A stretch of 63,882 bases of DNA, counting the filler, from Vicugna vicugna (taxonomy: Eukaryota), in assembly GCA_013265495.1 (NCBI GenBank). It is 76 parts of 74 records of this genome, joined end to end, with 100 filler letters (N's around TTAATTAATTAA, not from the genome) between each part and the next. Parts side by side here need not be neighbours in the genome. Positions count along the whole stretch, not along the records: positions 47,969 to 48,832 come from PNXW01015311.1; positions 48,933 to 49,803 come from MU060656.1; positions 49,904 to 50,201 come from MU060656.1; positions 50,302 to 50,824 come from MU060657.1; positions 50,925 to 51,309 come from PNXW01015319.1; positions 51,410 to 51,910 come from PNXW01015320.1; positions 52,011 to 52,483 come from PNXW01015321.1; positions 52,584 to 52,997 come from PNXW01015323.1; 68 more parts are not named here. The stretch is one strand, 5' to 3'. This document shows, one piece after another, positions 48,705 to 60,952 of the stretch. A program made the translations under genes and the position numbers. The notes under the pieces were generated by a model. The model did not search any database. It saw nothing but the letters and a program-made list of their open reading frames with translations, and was not told the origin of the DNA. Each line of letters starts with the position of its first letter. Within the stretch, counting starts at the first letter, position 1.

Positions 48705-48828
48705 CTGTGATTTCTTTGTGGACAAAAGTATTATCTTATTCATCTTTATATGCCTTGCCCTTAGGCACAATGCCTAGCCCATAGCAAACATTTAATACAA
48801 AATTTTTGACGAGATAAAGAATGACTCA
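48705..48828 (+). mobile_element. L2 LINE 3' end
   Basis: TCTTATTCATCTTTATAT...GCACAATGCCTAGCCCATAGCAAACATTTAATA...GAATGA. Confidence 0.65.
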
Positions 48829-48932
48829 AATGNNNNNNNNNNNNNNNNNNNNNNNNNNNNNNNNNNNNNNNNNNNNTTAATTAATTAANNNNNNNNNNNN
48901 NNNNNNNNNNNNNNNNNNNNNNNNNNNNNNNN

Positions 48933-48994
48933 ATGTTTATTGGTGTATGCTGCTGGAATTCTTTGTTACTACACAGCAACTGCTGACCGGTGCA
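48933..48994 (+). mobile_element. Possible MaLR (MLT1-type) LTR 3' end
   Basis: TGTTTATTGGTGTATGCTGCTG...TTTGTTAC...CAGCAA...GCTGAC..GTGCA resembles an MLT1 terminus. Confidence 0.4.
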
Positions 48995-50301
48995 ATGAGC
49001 TTTACATTTTCACCATGCTTAGAAGCATTGAATATTCTTAAACTTAAACTGATAGAGTTAATTCTTCCTGACTGGCTTCATTAATATAATTTCTATATAA
49101 CAGCTCTATAACATTTGTATATACTTGGGGTAGGGAAGACCTCCTTTAACAAGTAAAGAAAAGTGTAAGCCATAGAGGGAAAGAGAAACCTTAAGCCATA
49201 AGAGAAAAAAAATAAGACAATATCTACATAAAATTTTCCTAGGATAGAAGGATCACAAACAAGTGGATTCAATTAAGTGTAATATAAATAAAAAGCACAC
49301 ATAAAGAGAAAATGATAATGCAAAATAGTAAGACAATATATCATTAACTTTTACAAATAATTAAGGACAAATCAGTGAAAATTAGGAAAGAAGTATTTTC
49401 TCTCATCAATATTTTCATCATCTCTTCTTTTAAACTGCTAAAATCTTAAGGGCTGGGGTTGACTTTTTACATCATTTCTGTGACCAATCACAGAACAAAG
49501 AACATTGACAAGTATAGAAAAGGTGCTTGGAAATATTTTCTGATGATCATGTAATGTATTTTTATTGCTACTCAAATTATGCAAAGAAGCTCTTTAAAAG
49601 GCTGCTATTAATGAGTTTCTCAATTCTTCCTTCAACATCATGTTAAAACTTTCTTGAAACATTGTTGAAACTAATAATAAAAAAGCAATACAAGATTTAA
49701 AAGTTATCTGCAATGAATTACCAAGTTCTAGGACTACAGACATGAAATATATAAACTCTAAGACAAACGTCATTCTTGTTACCATAATTTTTAATTTTTT
49801 TTCNNNNNNNNNNNNNNNNNNNNNNNNNNNNNNNNNNNNNNNNNNNNTTAATTAATTAANNNNNNNNNNNNNNNNNNNNNNNNNNNNNNNNNNNNNNNNN
49901 NNNAATAAAAGATGTTAAAAAATAAAAAAATAAAAGGGTTTGTCTCTTATCCTCATTAGACTCATCATACTGTCCTTTGATCAGCTGACCTCCCCCTTCT
50001 CAAAGGTGCCATCTTGAACTGGGGCTGTTCTCTTTGCTTTGATTGTCATAATCTTTGGATCAAGGGCCCTCTAAACGTCACAACTTTTTCTCTTAATCCA
50101 TTTGTATAAACATTATTTCTCACCTGGCTTGGAATCAGCACGTTGGAGCCCTACTCTTTTCTTATGCAGTGTTTTAAAGATCTATGTGTTAATTATTCTT
50201 TNNNNNNNNNNNNNNNNNNNNNNNNNNNNNNNNNNNNNNNNNNNNTTAATTAATTAANNNNNNNNNNNNNNNNNNNNNNNNNNNNNNNNNNNNNNNNNNN
50301 N

Positions 50302-50824
50302 CAGGATATCCCAGTGTCAGAGTCTACCTCCCCAAGGACAGGGAAGATTTTTCTCGGGCTTCCCCGTACAGGGAACTCCTGGGACAGAAGAGAGCTGCGT
50401 GGACTTGTCTCTCGAGCTCCCCAAGGAACTGACAATGGTTCCGGAATCATGAGCTTGGGGAGGATCCACCAACGGTCATCAGCGCGTGGGTTCTATCGGA
50501 ATGCCTAAGCTCGTCTCCCCTGAGGATTTTACTAATGTCANNNNNNNNNNNNNNNNNNNNNNNNNNNNNNNNNNNNNNNNNNNNNNNNNNNNNNNNNNNN
50601 NNNNNNNNNNNNNNNNNNNNNNNNNNNNNNNNNNNNNNNNNNNNNNNNNNNNNNNNNNNNNNNNNNNNNNNNNNNNNNNNNNNNNNNNNNNNNNNNNNNN
50701 NNNNNNNNNNNNNNNNNNNNNNNNNNNNNNNNNNNNNNNNNNNNNNNNNNNNNNNNNNNNNNNNTAACCTCGTCTCCCTTGAGGGTTTTCCTAATATCTC
50801 TGCGACAGGGAATGCTAGGGGTGA
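50302..50824 (-). repeat. 267-bp satellite array (gapped)
   Basis: Same consensus, more diverged copy. Confidence 0.93.
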
Positions 50825-50924
50825 NNNNNNNNNNNNNNNNNNNNNNNNNNNNNNNNNNNNNNNNNNNNTTAATTAATTAANNNNNNNNNNNNNNNNNNNN
50901 NNNNNNNNNNNNNNNNNNNNNNNN

Positions 50925-51309
50925 TTGCAGGATATCCCAGTGACAGAGGCTGCCTCAACAAGTTAAGGGAAGGTATTACTCGGACTTCCCCGAACAGGGA
51001 ATACCTGTGAATGAAGAGAGCTGCGTGGAGTTGTCTCTCGAGCTCCCCCATGCACAGACAATGGTTCCGGAATCCTGAGCGTGGGGAGGTTCCACCAAAG
51101 ATTGGCAGCGCGTGGGTTCTAACGGAATGCCTAAGCTCGTCTCCCCTGAGGGTTTTCCTAATGTCTCTGTGCCAGGGAATGCTAGGGGGGTTTACAGCAT
51201 ATCCCAGTGACAGAGGCTGCCTCTCCAAAGTCAGGGAATTTATTTTTCAGATTTCCCCTAACACGGAACACATGTGACTGAGAGAGCTGCGTGGAGTTGT
51301 CTCTCGAGC
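50925..51309 (-). repeat. 267-bp satellite array
   Basis: Same consensus monomer. Confidence 0.95.
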
Positions 51310-51654
51310 NNNNNNNNNNNNNNNNNNNNNNNNNNNNNNNNNNNNNNNNNNNNTTAATTAATTAANNNNNNNNNNNNNNNNNNNNNNNNNNNNNNNNNNN
51401 NNNNNNNNNCATCTCTGTAGTGTTAGAGTTGTTGACAGGTCCTTGAATTCTGTATACTTTAACACTAGAGCTAAAAGAATTTTTTGAGAGATTAGATATG
51501 AAATTCCTGGAAAAAAAAGAGGGGTGAAAGATGAATTACAAGAGTATTTTGACAAGAGTAACTGAGATCTGTAAGAACTTCAAGAGGGTAAGACTTTTAG
51601 GTCCCATTTGTTTATTTTCACTTTTATTCCTTAACCTTAAATTTAAAAGCTATG

Positions 51655-51910
51655 ACACAACAATGGAAACCCTTGATAAAATGGAAAGACAGCCTACTGA
51701 ATGGGAAAAAGTATTTAAGTATTTACAAATTATATGAATAATAAGGGATTAATATTCAATATATATAAGCAGCTCATACAACTTAATGTCAAAAACAAAG
51801 AAACTAATTAAAAATGGGCAGAAGTTAAAAGTAGACATTTTTTCCAAAGATATACAGATGGCCAGGTGACAAATGAAAAAATGCTCAACATTGCTAATCA
51901 TCAGAGAAAT
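51655..51910 (+). mobile_element. L1 ORF2 3' fragment
   Basis: AAAATGGAAAGACAGCCTACTGAATGGGA...AAAAATGGGCAGAAG...ATACAGATGGCC...ATGCTCAACATTGCTAATCATCAGAGAAAT. Confidence 0.9.
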
Positions 51911-52010
51911 NNNNNNNNNNNNNNNNNNNNNNNNNNNNNNNNNNNNNNNNNNNNTTAATTAATTAANNNNNNNNNNNNNNNNNNNNNNNNNNNNNNNNNN
52001 NNNNNNNNNN

Positions 52011-52065
52011 AGGTCCTGGGTTCAATCCCCAGGACCTCCGTTAACAACAACCCCAAAATATAAAA
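52011..52065 (+). mobile_element. tRNA-derived SINE 3' end, camelid vic-1 type
   Basis: AGGTCCTGGGTTCAATCCCCAG.ACCTCC (B-box) followed by an A-rich tail; matches my recollection of the vic-1 consensus. Confidence 0.75.
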
Positions 52066-52149
52066 TCTGTTTCTCATGGACTATCACTTCAGAGCTAGGA
52101 GGGCTTAAAACTCACTGGATTCAAACTTTTTTTCTACAGGAACACCTTC

Positions 52150-52483
52150 AGCGCCGTGGGGCTGCGTTTCTTCAGGCGGCGCGGAGGGCAGCCTGACCCG
52201 GGGTCCTTGGAGCGGGCGCCGTGGGCACGCCCTCTTCCCGGGGGCGGGCCCCGCCTTGTTCCAGTGGCTTCCAGAGAGGACCTGCGCCGAGGAGGAGCGG
52301 AGCGGTGCGGTGAGCGCTGTGTGTTCTCCGGGCCTTTCAGCGATGGGGCCCCATGCAAGCGGAGTTACGAGAAAAGGGGTGTTGGAGCCATCGAGGGCGT
52401 GGGTACTGTTCGAAAAGGCAGGCCCCGCGAACGGCCCCACGAAGCGGCGGGCGGCGGCGAGCGGCGGCGGCGGCGGCGGCGGC
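52150..52483. promoter_or_regulatory. CpG-island edge with GC box, ending in a (GCG)n tract
   Basis: Very high CpG density. GGGGCGGGCC at 52241-52250; (GCG)7GC at 52461-52483 runs into the contig end. Confidence 0.65.
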
Positions 52484-52583
52484 NNNNNNNNNNNNNNNNN
52501 NNNNNNNNNNNNNNNNNNNNNNNNNNNTTAATTAATTAANNNNNNNNNNNNNNNNNNNNNNNNNNNNNNNNNNNNNNNNNNNN

Positions 52584-52997
<414 letters not shown>

Positions 52998-53097
52998 NNN
53001 NNNNNNNNNNNNNNNNNNNNNNNNNNNNNNNNNNNNNNNNNTTAATTAATTAANNNNNNNNNNNNNNNNNNNNNNNNNNNNNNNNNNNNNNNNNNNN

Positions 53098-53371
53098 TGC
53101 AAACCCCCCTAGCATTCCTTGGCACAGAGGCATTAGGAAAACACTCAGGGGAGGCGAGCTAAGGCATTCCGTTTGAACCCACGCTCTGACGACCGTTTGT
53201 GGAAACTCCCCACCCTCAGGATTCCGGAAAAATTGTCATTGAGTGGCGGAGATCGAGAGAAAACTCCACGCACCTGTCTTCAGTCACAGGTGTTCCCTGC
53301 TCGGGGAAGTGCGAGAAATACCTTCCCTGACTTGGGGAGTCAGCCTCTGTCACTGGGATTTCCTGCAACCC
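53098..53371 (+). repeat. 267-bp satellite (CATTGAGTG variant)
   Basis: One monomer with ATTGTCATTGAGTG and CCCTGCTCGGGG. Confidence 0.93.
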
Positions 53372-53559
53372 NNNNNNNNNNNNNNNNNNNNNNNNNNNNN
53401 NNNNNNNNNNNNNNNTTAATTAATTAANNNNNNNNNNNNNNNNNNNNNNNNNNNNNNNNNNNNNNNNNNNNAAAAAGAATATTTTGCCATTTGTGGCCCT
53501 TCACTTTTTTTTTTTTGAGCTTCAAAAACCAGAATCTTAAGAACTGCCGTAAACATTTC

Positions 53560-53858
53560 CATGGCATCAAAAACAACAGTATACCTAGAAATAAACTTAA
53601 CCAAGCAGGTTACCTATACTCTGAAAACTGTATAACATTGATGAAGGAAATTGAAAATGATACAAATAAATGGAAAGATATCTTGTGCTCTTGGATTGGA
53701 AGAATCAACACTATCAAAATAGCCACACTACCCAAAGCAGTCTACAGATCCAAAGCAACTTCTGTCAAAATACTGGTGACATTCCTCACAGAACTAGAAC
53801 AAACAATTCCAAAATTTGTATCGAACCATAAAAGACCCCGAACTACCAAAGCAATCTT
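53560..53858 (+). mobile_element. L1 ORF2 fragment
   Basis: LYSENCITLMKEIENDTNKWKDILCSWIGRINTIKIATLPKAVYR...FLTELEQTIPKF. Confidence 0.93.
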
Positions 53859-54366
53859 TTGTAGGTCTATTTTTCCCTCTGTCTTCTTTTTGTTCTCTTT
53901 TCTTATGGTTTGATTACTAGAGAAGTTCCTTTAACATTTGNNNNNNNNNNNNNNNNNNNNNNNNNNNNNNNNNNNNNNNNNNNNNNNNNNNNNNNNNNNN
54001 NNNNNNNNNNNNNNNNNNNNNNNNNNNNNNNNNNNNNNNNNNNNNNNNNNNNNNNNNNNNNNNNNNNNNNNNNNNNNNNNNNNNNNNNNNNNNNNNNNNN
54101 NNNNNNNNNNNNNNNNNNNNNNNNNNNNNNNNNNNNNNNNNNNNNNNNNNNNNNNNNNNNNNNNNNNNNNNNNNNNNNNNNNNNNNNNNNNNNNNNNNNN
54201 NNNNNNNNNNNNNNNNNNNNNNNNNNNNNNNNNNNNNNNNNNNNNNNNNNNNNNNNNNNNNNNNNNNNNTGCATTTCCTTGGGTGACTATTTCCTTTCCC
54301 AAGTTAGGGAGGTTATCAATTATTATCTCTTCAAAAAATTTTCTCAAATCCTGTTTTTCTCTCCTC
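53859..54366 (-). mobile_element. L1 ORF1 C-terminal/inter-ORF fragment in opposite orientation
   Basis: Minus strand KFFEEIIIDNLPNLGKEIVTQ and CAAATGTTAAAGGAACTTCTCTAG (QMLKELL-stop). Confidence 0.85.
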
Positions 54367-54466
54367 NNNNNNNNNNNNNNNNNNNNNNNNNNNNNNNNNN
54401 NNNNNNNNNNTTAATTAATTAANNNNNNNNNNNNNNNNNNNNNNNNNNNNNNNNNNNNNNNNNNNN

Positions 54467-55226
54467 TTAACAAAATTTTACAAGATTTGTACATTGAACA
54501 TTTAGAAGTATGTACCAAAATAAAATTTAAAAGATCTACATATATGGAAGACATACCATGTTCACGGAATGAAAGACAATATTGTTAAAAACGTTAAGAC
54601 TCCCCAAATTGATTTACAAATTCAGTGGAATCTGTATCATAATTCCAGGTGACTTCTATAAAAAATTGAAAAACTTATCCCAAAATTCATATGGAACTGC
54701 AAGGGGCCTAGGTCAGCCAAAACAATCTTGAAAAAGTAGAGCAAAGTTGGAGGACTCACTTTAAAGGGTACTAAAAAGCTATAGTACTAAGTCAGTATGG
54801 TCCTGGCATAAGTTTGGATAAATAAATCTATGAGACACAATAAAAACCCAGGGGGAAATAATTTACATTTACAGTCAGTTTTCCACAAGGGTGCCAACAA
54901 CACTCCATTGAAAGAATAGTCTATTCAACAAATGGTGCAGGGACAGCTGGCTATNNNNNNNNNNNNNNNNNNNNNNNNNNNNNNNNNNNNNNNNNNNNNN
55001 NNNNNNNNNNNNNNNNNNNNNNNNNNNNNNNNNNNNNNNNNNNNNNNNNNNNNNNNNNNNNNNNNNNNNNNNNNNNNNNNNNNNNNNNNNNNNNNNNNNN
55101 CTAGGACATGCTTTGGTTTCATAGATACAATACGAAGACCACAAGTAATAGAAGAAAAAAGCAGATAAACTGGGCTTCATTAAAATTAAAACCTTTTTGT
55201 TGCAAAGGACATCATCAAGAAAGTGA
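54467..55226 (+). mobile_element. Old L1 ORF2 fragment (degenerate)
   Basis: GACATACCATGTTCA...CCCCAAATTGATTTACAAATTCA...AAAATTCATATGGAACTGCAAGGG...CAAAGTTGGAGGACTCAC...TTCAACAAATGGTGC. Confidence 0.9.
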
Positions 55227-55326
55227 NNNNNNNNNNNNNNNNNNNNNNNNNNNNNNNNNNNNNNNNNNNNTTAATTAATTAANNNNNNNNNNNNNNNNNN
55301 NNNNNNNNNNNNNNNNNNNNNNNNNN

Positions 55327-56153
55327 GGAGTGTACAGGCATAGGTGTGTGCAGGCCCAGGTTCGTGCAGGCCCAGTAGTGTGCAGGCACAGGAGTGTGCT
55401 GTCCCAGGAGTGTGCCAGCACAGGTGGGAACAGGCCTAGGAGTGTGCAGGCCCAGGCCAGGGAAGGTCCAGGAGTGTACAGGTCCAGGAGTGTGCAGACC
55501 CAGGAGTGTGCAGACCGAGGAGTGTGCAGGCCCAGTAGGGTGCAGGCCCAGGCCAGGGCAGGCTCAGGAGTGTGCAGGCCCAAGAGTGTGCAGACACCAG
55601 AGTGTGCAGAGACAGGAGTGTGCAGCCGAACATTGTACAGGCCCAGGGCTGTGCAGGCCCAAGAGTGTGCAAGGCCCTGTAGTGTGCAGTCCCAGGAGTG
55701 TAAAGGCCCAGGTTCGTGCCGGTCCAGGTGTGTGCAGGCCCTGGAGTGTGCAGTCCCAGAGGTGTGCAGACACAAGACGGAACAGGCCTTGGAGGGTGCA
55801 GGCTAAGGAGTGTGCAGACCCAGGACTGAGCAGTCCCAGGAGTGTGCAGATATGGGGGGGGGGAGCAGGCAGACGAGTGTACTGGCCCAGGAATGTAGAG
55901 GCCCAGGTGTGTGGAGGCTCTGGGATACGCAGCCCCAGGAGTGTGCAGGCCCAGGGGTGTGCAGACAGAGGAGTGTGCAGGCCCAGTAGGGTGCAGGCCC
56001 AGGAGTGTGCAGGCCCAGAAGTGTGCAGGCCCAGGACTGTGCAGTCTCAGGAGTGTGCAGACACAGGGTGGAGCAAGCACTCGAGTATACTGGCCCAGGA
56101 GTGTAGAAGCCCAGATGTGTGGAGGCCCAGGTGTGTGCAGGCCCTGGAGTGTG
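55327..56153 (+). repeat. 16-bp GC-rich tandem repeat (same family as 7304-8174)
   Basis: TGTGCAGGCCCAGGAG units; shares the variant block CACAAGACGGAACAGGCC (55771; 7987 in the other array). Confidence 0.95.
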
Positions 56154-56253
56154 NNNNNNNNNNNNNNNNNNNNNNNNNNNNNNNNNNNNNNNNNNNNTTA
56201 ATTAATTAANNNNNNNNNNNNNNNNNNNNNNNNNNNNNNNNNNNNNNNNNNNN

Positions 56254-56738
56254 TTCCATTTATAGAGGAAGAAAGATCACAAATCCACATGCTCTCAAAT
56301 CAGGAATGCATGTTTGTCGACTCTATCATGCATGTAGTATGTACGGAATACGAATTATCATGTTGATGTAATCCTTTCAAATTAAATATCTCTAGAGTAG
56401 AATTCGCTCCAAGAGGCTTTTTCTGGAATCATAGTGTGATTCCTGAACTTTGTGATAGGAAGAATCTACGAAGACAAAGTAAATATTTCAAAGTGCATAG
56501 TTAAATTGTTACGGTTGAAATATCAGTCATGTGCATTTTCACAACTCAGAAATGCATGTTTGAGGAATACGTGTTGCATGAAACATGTTCGGAATATGGA
56601 ATGCCATGGTTATGTAAACAATGTAAACAATGTAAATATGTATTGGTTAGAATTCGCTCAAAGAGTGTTTTCGGGTGCCAAATGTCCGATATTGAACGTG
56701 GTGATAGAAAAAAACTATGAAGTCAGAGTAAATATTTC
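56254..56738 (+). repeat. AT-rich ~740-bp satellite
   Basis: Two consecutive subunits (GAATTCGCTCCAAGAGG, then GAATTCGCTCAAAGAG). Confidence 0.92.
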
Positions 56739-56838
56739 NNNNNNNNNNNNNNNNNNNNNNNNNNNNNNNNNNNNNNNNNNNNTTAATTAATTAANNNNNN
56801 NNNNNNNNNNNNNNNNNNNNNNNNNNNNNNNNNNNNNN

Positions 56839-57307
56839 AGGCAGCCTCTGTCACTGGGATTTCCTGCAACCCCTCCTAGCATTATCTGGCACAGTGATAT
56901 GAAGAAAACCCTCAAGGGAGACGAGCACAGGCATTTTGTTAGAACCCACGCTCTGCCGACCGTTGGTGTAACCTCCCCACACTCAGTATTCCGGAATCAT
57001 TGTCATTGAGTGCGGGAGCTCGAGAGACAACTCCACGAAGCTCTCTTCAGTCACAGGTGTTCCCTGCTCGGGGAAGTCCTAGAAAAACCTTACTGGCCTT
57101 GGGGAGGCAGCCGCTGTCACTGGGATTTCCTGCAACCGCCCCAGCATTCCCTGGCACAGAGACTTTAGGAAAACCCTCAGGGGAGACGAGCACAGGCATT
57201 CCGTTTGAACCCACGCGCTGTGGACTGTTGGTGTAACCTCCCCACCATCAGGATTCCGGGACAATTGTCATTGAGTAGGGGAGCTCGAGAGACAACTCCA
57301 CGCAGCT
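56839..57307 (+). repeat. 267-bp satellite (CATTGAGTG variant)
   Basis: Both monomers carry GACGAGCACAGG, GGTGTAACCTCC and ATTGTCATTGAGT. Confidence 0.94.
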
Positions 57308-57407
57308 NNNNNNNNNNNNNNNNNNNNNNNNNNNNNNNNNNNNNNNNNNNNTTAATTAATTAANNNNNNNNNNNNNNNNNNNNNNNNNNNNNNNNNNNNN
57401 NNNNNNN

Positions 57408-57947
57408 TGCGTTTCTGACATGTGAGCATGTGGATTATTGACCTTTAATCCAACAAACAAGGCGCATATAGAGTTAGAAACATTTACTCTGTCTTCATAG
57501 ATTTTTCTATCACCAGGTTCTAAAATCGGACATTTGGCACCAGAATAACCTCTTTGAGCGAATTCACACCAATACAAATGTTGTTTACATTGTTTAAATA
57601 ACCATGGAATTCCGTACTACGAGCATGTTTCATGCATCACGGATTCCTCAAACATGTATTTCTGAGTTGTGAACATGCACATGACTGATGTTTCCACAAC
57701 CAAACAAGTTACCTACACACTCTGCATTATTTACTTTGACTTCGTAGCTTCTTACTTTCATCAGTATTAAGAATCACACTCAGATCCCTGAAAAACACTC
57801 TTGGAGCGAATTCTACCCTAGAGATCTGTAATTTGAATAGATTCCATCTACATGATATTCCGTGTTCCGTACATGCTACAAAAATGTCGGATTTAAAAAT
57901 GTCGGATTTGACAAACATGCATTCCTGAGTTGAGAGTATGTGGATTA
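57408..57947 (-). repeat. AT-rich ~740-bp satellite
   Basis: GAGCG anchors at 57556 and 57804 (period 248); 15-bp slippage duplication at 57880-57909. Confidence 0.92.
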
Positions 57948-58560
57948 NNNNNNNNNNNNNNNNNNNNNNNNNNNNNNNNNNNNNNNNNNNNTTAATTAAT
58001 TAANNNNNNNNNNNNNNNNNNNNNNNNNNNNNNNNNNNNNNNNNNNNCCTAGGTAACCGGGCAGAGATCTGTGGGTGGATCAGTGTGATGGAAGGTATCC
58101 CGCCGTCTGTGGAGCTTGGCATACGTGTTTGGTCCGGGAAATTGTGTATGTTCGAGATACTGCTGCTGCCCAAAAACCTGAGTTCACAGGTCAGTTTCCA
58201 GAACCTGAAAGGGCATACAGTGGAAATCTGCCTGTCATCAGCTTACTGGTGAGGCTCCGAGGTTCCTTCAGACTTGCCCAGTCCTGGTGATGCCCAGTCC
58301 TGGTGAAGTCGACTTTAGGGGAGACACGAAGAGAAGCTGGCCGAAAAGCTGGCTGCACAGATTGAGGAGAGATGCGAACACATGAATGAGAAATGTTCTG
58401 CTACAATCGAGAATTCTGTTGTGGAGACAGCTGTAGAGGATACCAGGCTCAAAAGACATTNNNNNNNNNNNNNNNNNNNNNNNNNNNNNNNNNNNNNNNN
58501 NNNNTTAATTAATTAANNNNNNNNNNNNNNNNNNNNNNNNNNNNNNNNNNNNNNNNNNNN

Positions 58561-60287
58561 ATGTCTCTGTGCCAGGGAATGCCCGGGGTGATTGCAGGAT
58601 ATCCCTGGGACCGAATCTGCCTCCCCAAGATCAGGGAAGTTATTTCTCGGACTTCCCCGAAGACGGAAACCCTGTGACTGAAGAGAACTGCGTGGAGTTG
58701 TCTCTCGAGCTCCCCACGCACTGACAATTGTTCCGGAATCCTGAGCGTGGGGAGGTTCCACCAAAGGTCGGCAGNNNNNNNNNNNNNNNNNNNNNNNNNN
58801 NNNNNNNNNNNNNNNNNNNNNNNNNNNNNNNNNNNNNNNNNNNNNNNNNNNNNNNNNNNNNNNNNNNNNNNNNNNNNNNNNNNNNNNNNNNNNNNNNNNN
58901 NNNNNNNNNNNNNNNNNNNNNNNNNNNNNNNNNNNNNNNNNNNNNNNNNNNNNNNNNNNNNNNNNNNNNNNNNNNNNNNNNNNNNNNNNNNNNNNNNNNN
59001 NNNNNNNNNNNNNNNNNNNNNNNNNNNNNNNNNNNNNNNNNNNNNNNNNNNNNNNNNNNNNNNNNNNNNNNNNNNNNNNNNNNNNNNNNNNNNNNNNNNN
59101 NNNNNNNNNNNNNNNNNNNNNCCCCAAGGACAGCTATTTCTCGGACTTCCCCGAACAGGGAACACCTGTGACTGAAGGGAGATGCGTGGAGTTGTCTCTC
59201 GAGCTGCTCCACGCACTGACAATGGTTCTGGAATCCTGAGCTGAGCGNNNNNNNNNNNNNNNNNNNNNNNNNNNNNNNNNNNNNNNNNNNNNNNNNNNNN
59301 NNNNNNNNNNNNNNNNNNNNNNNNNNNNNNNNNNNNNNNNNNNNNNNNNNNNNNNNNNNNNNNNNNNNNNNNNNNNNNNNNNNNNNNNNNNNNNNNNNNN
59401 NNNNNNNNNNNNNNNNNNNNNNNNNNNNNNNNNNNNNNNNNNNNNNNNNNNNNNNNNNNNNNNNNNNNNNNNNNNNNNNNNNNNNNNNNNNNNNNNNNNN
59501 NNNNNNNNNNNNNNNNNNNNNNNNNNNNNNNNNNNNNNNNNNNNNNNNNNNNNNNNNNNNNNNNNNNNNNNNNNNNNNNNNNNNNNNNNNNNNNNNNNNN
59601 NNNNNNNNNNNNNNNNNNNNNNNNNNNNNNNNNNNNNNNNNNNNNNNNNNNNNNNNNNNNNNNNNNNNNNNNNNNNNNNNNNNNNNNNNNNNNNNNNNNN
59701 NNNNNNNNNNNNNNNNNNNNNNNNNNNNNNNNNNNNNNNNNNNNNNNNNNNNNNNNNNNNNNNNNNNNNNNNNNNNNNNNNNNNNNNNNNNNNNNNNNNN
59801 NNNNNNNNNNNNNNNNNNNNNNNNNNNNNNNNNNNNNNNNNNNNNNNNNNNNNNNNNNNNNNNNNNNNNNNNNNNNNNNNNNNNNNNNNNNNNNNNNNNN
59901 NNNNNNNNNNNNNNNNNNNNNNNNNNNNNNNNNNNNNNNNNNNNNNNNNNNNNNNNNNNNNNNNNNNNNNNNNNCCCTGAGGATTTTCCTAATGTCTCTG
60001 TGCCAGGGAATGCTAGGGGTGATTGCAGGATATCCCAGTGACCGAATCTGCCTCCCCAAGCTCAGGGAAGTTATTTCTCGGACTTCCCCGAAGACGGAAA
60101 CCCTGTGACTGAAGAGAGCTGCGTGGAGTTGTCTCTCGAGCTCCCCCACGCACTGACAATTGTTCCGGAATCCTGAGCGTAGGGATGTTCCACCAAAGGT
60201 CGGCAGCGTGTGAGTTCTAATGGAATGCCTAAGCTCGTCTAGCCTGAGGTTTTTCCTAATGTCTCTGTGCCAGGGAATGCTAGGGTG
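58561..60287 (-). repeat. 267-bp satellite array (CCGAATCTG variant; large gaps)
   Basis: First and last contigs share ACCGAATCTGCC and GAAGACGGAAACCCTGTG. Confidence 0.95.
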
Positions 60288-60387
60288 NNNNNNNNNNNNN
60301 NNNNNNNNNNNNNNNNNNNNNNNNNNNNNNNTTAATTAATTAANNNNNNNNNNNNNNNNNNNNNNNNNNNNNNNNNNNNNNNNNNNN

Positions 60388-60852
60388 TATAGAATGTAGA
60401 ACACAGAATATAGAAAATAGAATAGAGAATATGGAATGATGGACATAAAATATAGAATAGAGAATAGAGAATATAGAACCCAGAATTAAGAACATGGATT
60501 GTAGAACACAGAATTAAGAATATAGAATGCAGTATACAGAATATCGAATTTAGAATATAGAATGTAAAACACAGAATATTGAATGCAGAATAAGGAATGC
60601 AGAATATTGAATACAAAATATAGAATGTAGAACACATAATTTAGAATATAGTGTATAGAATACTGAATATAACTGAATATAGAATTTAGAATATAGACTT
60701 TAGAACACAGAATATAGAATATAGAATAAAGATTATAGAACCCAAAATTTAAACTTGGAATGCAGAACAGAGAATTTAGAATATAGAATTCCGAATAGTG
60801 AATATACAATATGAATATACAAAGCAGAACACAGTATTTAGAATATAGAATA
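60388..60852 (-). repeat. Degenerate heptamer satellite (TAGAATA)n
   Basis: Phased 7-mers. Confidence 0.93.
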
Positions 60853-60952
60853 NNNNNNNNNNNNNNNNNNNNNNNNNNNNNNNNNNNNNNNNNNNNTTAA
60901 TTAATTAANNNNNNNNNNNNNNNNNNNNNNNNNNNNNNNNNNNNNNNNNNNN

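Noticed and set aside
50100..50160. Minus-strand donor CAG|GTGAGA as a micro-exon
   Set aside because: The upstream acceptor is purine-rich and no peptide is recognisable.
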